Assembly (NCBI RefSeq): GCF_000270205.1
Contig: NC_015913.1
Coordinates: 1,110,001-1,142,000, forward strand
Length of the DNA stretch: 32,000 nt
Direction of reading: 5' to 3'
DNA from: Candidatus Arthromitus sp. SFB-mouse-Japan
Lineage (GTDB): Bacteria; Bacillota; Clostridia; Clostridiales; Clostridiaceae
Part shown: positions 13,271 through 19,641 of the stretch, piece after piece
How the letters are laid out: every line of letters starts with the position of its first letter
Numbering within the stretch: position 1 is the stretch's first letter
The notes under the pieces: generated by a model
Database searches by the model: none
Seen by the model: only the letters and a program-made list of their open reading frames with translations
Told to the model about the DNA's origin: nothing
Translations under genes and position numbers: made by a program

Positions 13271-15865
13271 TTATTGATAGTTTCTCTGAGCTTCTTGAAA
13301 CCTTTTCTGATATCCATCAGCCAATTGCTTATTTAATTGACCAGCAAAGTTTTGATCTACTTTAAGTTTTGAAATATCCTCATCAGTTAGATTAGTTTCT
13401 ACGGTCTTAGATAAAACTTGTAATTTACCATCTTGTTTTCCAACACTATAATGTATATTCCCATTCATATTAGAAGCTTTTGGCTTTTTATCCTCTTCAG
13501 ATGCTGTTTCAAAATAAGTAGAAAGGGCTTGTACTTTACCTGCTTTTACAACTGATGTAGTATCTGATACAGTCACTGTTCTCTGCAAATGAGTCGTATC
13601 TCCTCTTTCTGGACTTTTAGTCTTAACCAAAGCACTTGAAGAAGTTCCAGTAGATGAACTATCTATATTTTTTTTTTGACCGGAACTAATAATTTGAGCA
13701 GTTCCAGTTAGTAAAATTTGATTTGATTTTTTCACGCTGTCTTTATTACTAGATCCTCCCCTTGTAGGAGCAGATGGCGTAATAGTAATCGAAGAAGTAA
13801 ATCTAGTAGGCGTAACTGTTGTTGATGATGATGTTTGTCCATCCTTACTTCCAGTACTAGTTGAAGTTGGCGTTGATGGTGTCACTTGTCCACCTTGACC
13901 CCCTGTAGATGGCGTTGTAGTTGAAGTTGATGATGTTTCAGTTTTCACGCCACTAGCAGTAGATCCCCCCCTTGTAGGAGCAGATGGCGTAATAGTAACC
14001 GAAGAAGTAAATCTAGGAGGCGTACTTGTTGTTGATGTTTGTCCAGTTTGAGTAGTTCCTGAAGTTTCATTAGAACTTGAACCCGTTTCTTTCACTTTTA
14101 ACTTGTTTGCTAAACCCTGAGCTGCACCAATTACACCTGTATTACCAAGCTTTACTACTCCACTACTAGAAGTTGTTGTATTTCCTTGATCAGTAGGTTT
14201 TGTTTCAGGACTTGTTTTAAGTCTGCTAAAAATTAATTTAGTTTGCTCTTCATAAACTGGATTTTTAAACGAAACTGTACCTGTAGGGGTTTGTTGTATA
14301 CTACCTTTATCAGTTTCAGTTACATTGGTTACATCTCCTTGTGTACCTGAAGTCTGTGGAATTTTTAAAGTAACGTTTTTCACTGATTCTGTATATACCG
14401 GCTTAGAATCTTTTCCTCCAATTTGTATCCTTAATTCAGTACGATATCTAACTCCAGAAGTTCCTTGAGTTGAATGTTGTCCATCTTCACTTCCAGAACT
14501 AGTCGGACTTGTCATTGTTGATGTTACCTGTTTGCTAGAAGAAGTTGAAGTTGATGGAGTCGTCACTTGTCCAGTTTGAGAAGTTCCTGAAGTTCCAGTA
14601 GAACTTGAACTTGTATCCTTCACTTTTAACTTGCTTGCTAAATTTCTAGCTGGATCCATAACACTTGGATTATTAACTTTAACTGTACCTACAGAAGTAC
14701 CAGATGTTACTGATTGTGAACTTTGACTATCAGTTTGTGAAGAAGTATTAGTAACTTTTACAATAGGTGTCTGAGTAGATTTATCTGGACTTCCTGTAAG
14801 TGTATCATTTGTTCCACTACTTACTTTTAATTTCGATGCAATTTGTTTTGCTACATCCATAACACTTGGATTATTAACTTTAACTGTACCTACAGAAGTA
14901 CCAGATGTTCCTGATTGTGAACTTTGACTATCAGTTTGTGAAGAAGTATTAGTAACTTGTACAACAGGTGTTTGAGTAGATTTATCTGGATTCCTTAAAA
15001 CAACATTTGTTCTTTCATTTACTTTTAATCCACCAGCTATTTTTTGAGCTGTAGCAATAAGTTCTGGATTATTAACTTTAACCGTTCCAACACTGCCTTT
15101 ATCTTCTACAAAACTTACACCACCATCAGGATTTTTAACCATATTTAAATTCAAACTAGAAGTTACCCTATTACTTGCTACATTACTTGCACTACTATTT
15201 GCACTTACACTTGATACTGAACTCACAGCAGAGTTAACACTATTAATAGATCCTGTTTCTTCAAGTTTAGCTTGTTGTGCTTGAATTATATCTGAACCAA
15301 TTATCCATTTTGGTTTAGAACGATATATGTAACTTGTCACTCTTCCAGTAGTAGGATCTACATATTTATCTCTTCCAATTTCTCCTTTTAAGAACAATTC
15401 AAATCTAGTTGCCATATTTCTCTCATATGTCCTTAATTCACCACTTGAAGTAACATATTGAACATACCTTTTATTTGGATCAATAGGTCCTACAGGTACA
15501 AATTCATCTACATTAACTCCAAACTTATGCGTAACTTTATGTGTTGGAAATTGACCTTGTCCTGACGTTGGAATATTAGTTTCTACTGTTGTCGCTAATC
15601 TCAGACCACTATCAGCTGGATTAGTCAAAGCTCTTCCACTCGAACCAGTATTAGAACCCAAACCACTTCCAGTTCTAGTTACTACACTTCCAGTTCTGCC
15701 AATCAAACTACTCGTAACTCTGCTAACTACAGAACCTACTCTACTTCCAACTGTGGCATTTGCTTTCTCAGCATCACTAAAATATAAAGACATGGTCGCA
15801 ACCACTGATAATACATAAAGACTTCCGCTATACAGTCCGATATTTTTTTTATTTTTAACAGCCAT
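13271..15865 (-). CDS. Secreted S/T-rich low-complexity surface protein, family member 1 (864 aa)
   Basis: Family-type signal peptide MAVKNKKNIGLYSGSLYVLSVVATMSLYFSDAEKANA. 67-aa tandem repeats (SVGTVKVNNP...). Duplicated RFTSS[VI]TITPSAPTRGGS. Non-repetitive C-terminal ~110 aa. GGAGGAG RBS upstream. Confidence 0.75.
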   Translation of the reverse strand: MAVKNKKNIGLYSGSLYVLSVVATMSLYFSDAEKANATVGSRVGSVVSRVTSSLIGRTGSVVTRTGSGLGSNTGSSGRALTNPADSGLRLATTVETNIPTSGQGQFPTHKVTHKFGVNVDEFVPVGPIDPNKRYVQYVTSSGELRTYERNMATRFELFLKGEIGRDKYVDPTTGRVTSYIYRSKPKWIIGSDIIQAQQAKLEETGSINSVNSAVSSVSSVSANSSASNVASNRVTSSLNLNMVKNPDGGVSFVEDKGSVGTVKVNNPELIATAQKIAGGLKVNERTNVVLRNPDKSTQTPVVQVTNTSSQTDSQSSQSGTSGTSVGTVKVNNPSVMDVAKQIASKLKVSSGTNDTLTGSPDKSTQTPIVKVTNTSSQTDSQSSQSVTSGTSVGTVKVNNPSVMDPARNLASKLKVKDTSSSSTGTSGTSQTGQVTTPSTSTSSSKQVTSTMTSPTSSGSEDGQHSTQGTSGVRYRTELRIQIGGKDSKPVYTESVKNVTLKIPQTSGTQGDVTNVTETDKGSIQQTPTGTVSFKNPVYEEQTKLIFSRLKTSPETKPTDQGNTTTSSSGVVKLGNTGVIGAAQGLANKLKVKETGSSSNETSGTTQTGQTSTTSTPPRFTSSVTITPSAPTRGGSTASGVKTETSSTSTTTPSTGGQGGQVTPSTPTSTSTGSKDGQTSSSTTVTPTRFTSSITITPSAPTRGGSSNKDSVKKSNQILLTGTAQIISSGQKKNIDSSSTGTSSSALVKTKSPERGDTTHLQRTVTVSDTTSVVKAGKVQALSTYFETASEEDKKPKASNMNGNIHYSVGKQDGKLQVLSKTVETNLTDEDISKLKVDQNFAGQLNKQLADGYQKRFQEAQRNYQ
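13751..14037 (-). repeat. Two ~75-bp direct coding repeats 210 bp apart
   Basis: 13751-13825 and 13961-14037 are near-identical (agatcc[t/c]cccc ttgtaggagcagatggcgtaatagtaa...) and encode P[PT]RFTSS[VI]TITPSAPTRGGS. Confidence 0.8.
14615..15094 (-). repeat. 201-bp (67-aa) tandem coding repeats, two full copies plus a partial third
   Basis: The anchor ccataacacttggattattaac recurs at 14656 and 14857 (period 201). About 130 nt following each anchor differ by only a handful of bases. Confidence 0.85.
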
Positions 15866-15935
15866 GTATTCTCCTCCATCTTTAATAATTAAAATTAAAA
15901 AACAACTTAATCCTTCTTGCTTAATTCATTTTTTT

Positions 15936-15978
15936 GTAATAATTATAACATTATTTTTGACAAAATTCATTATTTTTT
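15936..15978 (-). promoter_or_regulatory. Family-conserved promoter-like block (extended -10)
   Basis: Minus strand reads ...ATGAATTTTGTCAAAAATAATGTTATAATTATTAC, with TATAAT at 15942-15947, 77 nt from the ATG. Homologous blocks lie upstream of all five family members. Confidence 0.45.
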
Positions 15979-16017
15979 AATTTTTTATATAAATTTAATT
16001 CATATTTGCTAAAAAAC

Positions 16018-16043
16018 TTAAAAAAAGAGATCATATGATCTCT
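16018..16043 (-). terminator. Rho-independent terminator (AGAGATC-N4-GATCTCT type)
   Basis: Stem agagatc/gatctct (16026-16043), with the plus-strand A-run giving a U-run on the minus strand. Confidence 0.7.
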
Positions 16044-16070
16044 TTCAAATTTTTATAAATTTACTTTCTC

Positions 16071-16093
16071 AAAGAGAGATCCTAAGATCTCTC
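16071..16093 (-). terminator. Second, weaker hairpin of the same type
   Basis: gagagatc-ctaa-gatctctc (16074-16093). Only a short U-run follows on the minus strand. Confidence 0.45.
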
Positions 16094-16119
16094 AATAAAT
16101 TCAATTTATTATGACGTTA

Positions 16120-16321
16120 TTACAATTGTCCTGAACCAGTTGAAGTTGTTGAACTACTAGTTGTTCCAGTCGATTTGTAGTTCTACTAACAGATTCTAAA
16201 AATTGCTAAGTAAATAGATTCTTAAGACCTCTATATGAACCTTTCAAATCCTCCGTCAGAAGAAGTAGTAGTTACTTTTGTCTCTGAACTAGTAGCTGGT
16301 AATGAAATCGTACTTGTGCCA
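16120..16321 (-). pseudogene. Decayed 3' continuation of the 16322-17842 S/T-rich gene
   Basis: A frame shifted by one nucleotide relative to the 16322-17842 ORF reads NGTSTISLPATSSETKVTTTSSDGGFERFI*RS*ESIYLAIFRIC**NYKSTGTTSSSTTSTGSGQL**. Family-like S/T-rich coding is interrupted by a frameshift and several stops. Confidence 0.55.
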
Positions 16322-17842
16322 TTAAGTTGACGTTTCTTTTAATTTAATCACACTCCTACTATTTGGAGTTGGTTGTGGTGATGACAATTTAAGCCCATTT
16401 AATGTACTTGTGCTTGGTGTTGCTGTATTCGTGCTTGAAGCACTACTACTAGTTGTAGTAGTGGTTACTGAGGTAGTACTTGTACCTGTGCTACCAGTTG
16501 TTCCAGTTAATGAAGAAGGACTAACAGTTGGAGTTGGAATAGTTCCAGTGCTAGTTACTACTGTTGTTTGTGCTCCTGAAGCAGATGTTTGAATATTACT
16601 TGTACTGCTACTAGAAACAGGCATCACAGTTGTAGTTGTGCTTGCACCTACACCAGTACTTGATGTCTTCGTACTTGAACTGCTACTAGTTGCAGTAGTA
16701 GTTACTGGAGTAGTGTTTGTACTTGTGCTACTAGTTGAAGATCCTTTTAATTTAATCACATTCCTACCAGTTATAGATGGTTGTGGTGATGACAATCTAA
16801 TCCCACTTAATGTACTTTTAGTAGTAGGTGCTGGAGTCGTACTTGTACTTGATGTTGGTGTCTTCGTACTTGAACCGCTACTAGTTGCAGTAGTAGTGCC
16901 TATACTTATACTACTAGTTGTCCCAGTTGATAAAGAAGGACTGACAGTCGAAGTCGGAGTAGTTCCAGTGCTAGTTACTACTATTGTTTGTGCTCTTGAA
17001 CTAGGTGTTTGTACAGGAGCTGTACCTATCCCAGTAGTTTGCGTAGAAGTTGTAACTGTAGTTGTCATAGGAGTCTGTGTTGAAGTTGATACACTTGTAC
17101 CACCACTGGAAACAGGCGTTGTACTTGTACCTGTGTTACCATCTCTAAACCTATTATAAATATTTAGAGATTGTTCTAAAAAGCTAGGATTCCTAACCGT
17201 AACTTTATCTTTCTCTACAAACTTAACCTTATCTCCTTCTTTAATCACATATAAATTTAACCTAGATGTAAATTTCCCACTTCCTGTTCCAGTACCTCCT
17301 GAAGATGTAGATTGTCCTCCACTTTGAGTTGAAGAACCTGTAGATTGTCCCGCACCAGAAACAGATGAAGAAGAGCCGCTACTTGTTGAAGCTACAGGCA
17401 TAGTTGAAGAAGATACAGTACTAGTTGGAGCTGTAGACGTAGTTGAAGAACTAGTTTTATACATAAATCTACGCTGTCGCCCATCACTCCCCGTATATTT
17501 CTGTACACCGTATGTACCTTCTTTCCACAACAATTTTTCTTTAGGTGCTGGACCCTGTCCAGGATATAACTTTGTTTTATTATTTTCAGAGTCAAAAAGT
17601 GCAACAAGTTTCTTTACTGGTGATGTAGGATCATCGGAAACTCTAAGACCAGTTATTTTACCTGAAGTAGAAAGAATATTCCTAGTTAAACCTGATGCTG
17701 AAGAAGTAAGCTTAGCCATCATGTTTCTGACCATAGCACTAGCATCTTCACCTTTAGATAAATATACAGAAACAGCGCTAATCACTGATAATGCACAAAG
17801 ACTTCCACCATAAACTCTAATTTTCTTTTTGTTGACATCCAT
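16322..17842 (-). CDS. Secreted S/T-rich low-complexity surface protein, family member 2 (506 aa, probably 3'-truncated)
   Basis: Signal peptide MDVNKKKIRVYGGSLCALSVISAVSVYLSKGEDASA. Conserved module KLYPGQGPAPKEKLLWKEGTYGVQKYTGSDG. Two ~90-aa internal repeats ending L[SN]G[IL][RK]LSSPQP...VIKLK. Confidence 0.75.
   Translation of the reverse strand: MDVNKKKIRVYGGSLCALSVISAVSVYLSKGEDASAMVRNMMAKLTSSASGLTRNILSTSGKITGLRVSDDPTSPVKKLVALFDSENNKTKLYPGQGPAPKEKLLWKEGTYGVQKYTGSDGRQRRFMYKTSSSTTSTAPTSTVSSSTMPVASTSSGSSSSVSGAGQSTGSSTQSGGQSTSSGGTGTGSGKFTSRLNLYVIKEGDKVKFVEKDKVTVRNPSFLEQSLNIYNRFRDGNTGTSTTPVSSGGTSVSTSTQTPMTTTVTTSTQTTGIGTAPVQTPSSRAQTIVVTSTGTTPTSTVSPSLSTGTTSSISIGTTTATSSGSSTKTPTSSTSTTPAPTTKSTLSGIRLSSPQPSITGRNVIKLKGSSTSSTSTNTTPVTTTATSSSSSTKTSSTGVGASTTTTVMPVSSSSTSNIQTSASGAQTTVVTSTGTIPTPTVSPSSLTGTTGSTGTSTTSVTTTTTSSSASSTNTATPSTSTLNGLKLSSPQPTPNSRSVIKLKETST
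16337..17017 (-). repeat. Two ~270-bp direct coding repeats (period ~420 bp)
   Basis: Residues ~276-366 and ~416-502 align: ...[RG]AQT.VVTSTGT.PT.TVSPS..TGTT...TL.G..LSSPQP....R.VIKLK. Confidence 0.7.
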
Positions 17843-17905
17843 GTATTATTCTCCTTTATCAATCAAATTTTAAATAATGATTAATTTTTATTTAATTTAT
17901 TGTTT

Positions 17906-17947
17906 CGAAATAATTATACCACTTTTCTCATAAAATTTAATTTTTTT
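17906..17947 (-). promoter_or_regulatory. Family-conserved promoter-like block
   Basis: Minus strand reads ...AAAAGTGGTATAATTATTTCG, with TATAAT at 17913-17918 and a TGn extended -10, 71 nt from the ATG. Confidence 0.4.
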
Positions 17948-17987
17948 AAATTTTATTTTAATTTGATTCACACTTATAAAATTTTAT

Positions 17988-18013
17988 TTAAAAAAGAGAT
18001 CCGAAGATCTCTT
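17988..18013 (-). terminator. Rho-independent terminator (AGAGATC type)
   Basis: aagagatc-cgaa-gatctctt (17994-18013), preceded by a plus-strand A-run (U-run on the minus strand). Confidence 0.75.
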
Positions 18014-18034
18014 AAAATTCTACTTAACTACTTC

Positions 18035-18889
18035 CTATTCTAAACTTGATTCCTCTATTGTAGGAAAATTTGGAATATAACCTCCTAAACCAGGTCTATG
18101 TTTTCTACCTCCACCAGGTCTTGAATATCCATCTGTCTTATCACCTGATAGAGAAAGTAAACTTTGATCTACACTAGAAGTAAGGCCTCTAGAAGAACTT
18201 GTACTACTAGATGTTGTAGAAGTAACTGAGCTAGATGACATAGAAGAAGAACTTGATGTAACACTGGATCTACTACTTGTACCAGATGTACCAGTCGTAG
18301 TACTGCTAGTGCTTGTAGAAGCACCTGAACTAGAACTCTTAGTAGAAGGACTACCAGTACTAGTCAACTTAATTTTAGTTACAGTTCTAGTTGTTGGTGT
18401 AGGAGTTTGTGGCGTTGACAATTTAAGACCAGATAATTTTCCTGATTCACTTTGTGGGTTAGATCTGTAAATAAATCCATGCTCACTTCCATCGCTTCCC
18501 ACATATTTTTGTATACCAAATCCTTGAGTTCCTAACCATAACAATTTCTCTTTAGGATTCGAAGGCTGATTAGGATATACCTTTCTTGTACCATCTGGGC
18601 TAACTAGTGAAACAATCTTATATCCTGAACCAAAAGCAGATGGTCTAACAGAAAGACCCCTATTTTTTAAACCACTACTTGTTTTACTACTAATAATTTT
18701 CTTTACACCAACAACTCCTGAATTAAGACTATCACCAATGCCTCTAAACATTTTTGTCAATGAAAAAAGAGCACCACCACCAACTGTAGCATTGGCATCT
18801 TTAGATCCAACTACACATAAAGAAACAGCAGTAGCCATTGACAATATACAAAGACACCCACTATATTTCACAACTTTTCTTTTATTCAT
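18035..18889 (-). CDS. Secreted S/T-rich low-complexity surface protein, family member 3 (284 aa)
   Basis: Signal peptide MNKRKVVKYSGCLCILSMATAVSLCVVGSKDANA. Module KVYPNQPSNPKEKLLWLGTQGFGIQKYVGSDGSEHGFIYRS. LSGLKLSTPQ...VTKIKL motif. AAGGAG RBS. Confidence 0.75.
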   Translation of the reverse strand: MNKRKVVKYSGCLCILSMATAVSLCVVGSKDANATVGGGALFSLTKMFRGIGDSLNSGVVGVKKIISSKTSSGLKNRGLSVRPSAFGSGYKIVSLVSPDGTRKVYPNQPSNPKEKLLWLGTQGFGIQKYVGSDGSEHGFIYRSNPQSESGKLSGLKLSTPQTPTPTTRTVTKIKLTSTGSPSTKSSSSGASTSTSSTTTGTSGTSSRSSVTSSSSSMSSSSVTSTTSSSTSSSRGLTSSVDQSLLSLSGDKTDGYSRPGGGRKHRPGLGGYIPNFPTIEESSLE

Positions 18890-18960
18890 TCATCAATTCT
18901 CCTTTCCAAATAACTTAAAATTAATCAATATCATAAACCATAACATATAAGTTCATTTTT

Positions 18961-19013
18961 CTGTAACAATTATAATATTTTTTTTACAAAATTGCACTAT
19001 TTTTTCAATTTTT
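18961..19013 (-). promoter_or_regulatory. Family-conserved promoter-like block
   Basis: Minus strand reads ...GTGCAATTTTGTAAAAAAAATATTATAATTGTTACAG, with TATAAT at 18969-18974, 80 nt from the ATG. Confidence 0.4.
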
Positions 19014-19026
19014 ATCTAAAATTTTT

Positions 19027-19049
19027 AAAAAAGAGACCTTACGGCCTCT
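19027..19049 (-). terminator. Rho-independent terminator
   Basis: Minus-strand hairpin AGAGGCC-GUAA-GGUCUCU (one G.U pair) followed by U6. Confidence 0.7.
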
Positions 19050-19066
19050 AAATAAAATACAAGAGA

Positions 19067-19413
19067 TTAGTTATTCCTTGTAGTTGAGTTCTTAGGTCTT
19101 GCACCTAGCCTAGTAGAATCAATACCATTGCCACCATTAATTCCAGATACTACAGTAGGAAACATACCTTGTGGTCCCGATTCTACATTATTTGTTGGAG
19201 CACTCAAAGATCCAGCTCCACTGCTACCACTAAACCCACTATCAGCTAAAGGCCTTGGGCTATCAGTACCCGAATCATACAAATTAGGATAAGTTACTTT
19301 ACTACCATAGTTTCTTTAATTCCAGCTGAACACAAGGAAGCAACAGTAACCATTGACAACATACAAAGACGTCCACCATACTTTATAGCTCTTTTCTTAT
19401 TTTTTACATTCAT
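19067..19413 (-). pseudogene. Frameshifted small member of the S/T-rich family
   Basis: ATG 19413 with AAAGGAG RBS gives MNVKNKKRAIKYGGRLCMLSMVTVASLCSAGIKETMVVK* (stop 19294-19296). Coding continues in another frame as VTYPNLYDSGTDSPRPLADSG...ARPKNSTTRNN* (to 19067). This is consistent with a 1-nt deletion near 19297-19300. Confidence 0.6.
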
Positions 19414-19482
19414 TTACATATTTCTCCTTTTTTATACTTTAAAGTTAATCGGACTCCTAATCTCAATTGTCTAATTTATTCT

Positions 19483-19536
19483 CACTAACAATTATATCAT
19501 CTTCTTTAATAAAATTCATCATTTTTTAACTTTTTT
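19483..19536 (-). promoter_or_regulatory. Family-conserved promoter-like block
   Basis: Minus strand reads ...GATGAATTTTATTAAAGAAGATGATATAATTGTTAGTG, with TATAAT at 19491-19496, 78 nt from the ATG. Confidence 0.4.
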
Positions 19537-19583
19537 GTTAAATTTAGTTCATATTTTGATAAATATTCTAAGATTCAAATAAT

Positions 19584-19614
19584 AAAAAAGGGAAATATCA
19601 ACTTAATATTTCCC
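19584..19614 (-). terminator. Rho-independent terminator
   Basis: gggaaatat (19590-19598) / atatttccc (19606-19614), with plus-strand A-run 19584-19589. Confidence 0.7.
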
Positions 19615-19641
19615 AATAAATTCAAATTCTAAATACATATT

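Noticed and set aside
13598-13606. RGD tripeptide (SPERGDTTH) in the C-terminal region of the 864-aa protein
   Set aside because: It is a single tripeptide, easily expected by chance in a protein of this length. It is not present in paralogues, so I do not claim integrin binding.
14252-14263. NPVY (NPxY PTB-domain motif) followed by YEEQ in the 864-aa protein
   Set aside because: The homologous segment in the 506-aa paralogue reads NPSFLEQ, with no tyrosine. The Tyr is therefore not conserved, and the segment looks like part of a structural helix motif (V.V.NP....Q......R[FL][KR]).
14640-15060. Helix plus KLKV segments in each 67-aa repeat (VMDVAKQIASKLKV) as possible tandem WH2 domains
   Set aside because: The spacing between the hydrophobic helix positions and the LK.V differs from the WH2 consensus (LLxxIxxGxxLKKV). 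The motif is LKV rather than LKK[TV], and the equivalent region of the paralogue lacks it. Too weak to claim.
14615-15094. Periodic direct repeats that could suggest a CRISPR array or satellite
   Set aside because: The period is 201 bp with no spacer/repeat alternation, and the region is fully in frame within a long ORF. These are protein-coding tandem repeats.
16410-17607. ORFs overlapping the 506-aa S/T-rich gene: plus-strand 16410-16592 and 16638-17159 (V/L-rich products), and a minus-strand alternate-frame ORF at 17392-17607
   Set aside because: The plus-strand ORFs are antisense to ACT/AGT/ACC-rich codons, so they stay open by composition and give implausible poly-V/L peptides. The minus-strand ORF is an out-of-frame reading of the same gene. 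None has an RBS, and the 506-aa frame carries the family signal peptide and motifs.
17780-17842. GSLC, GCLC or GRLC in the family N-termini as a lipoprotein lipobox
   Set aside because: The residue at -1 is Leu rather than Gly/Ala/Ser. The hydrophobic core continues after the Cys, member 1 has Tyr instead of Cys, and an AxA signal peptidase I site follows 12-15 residues later.
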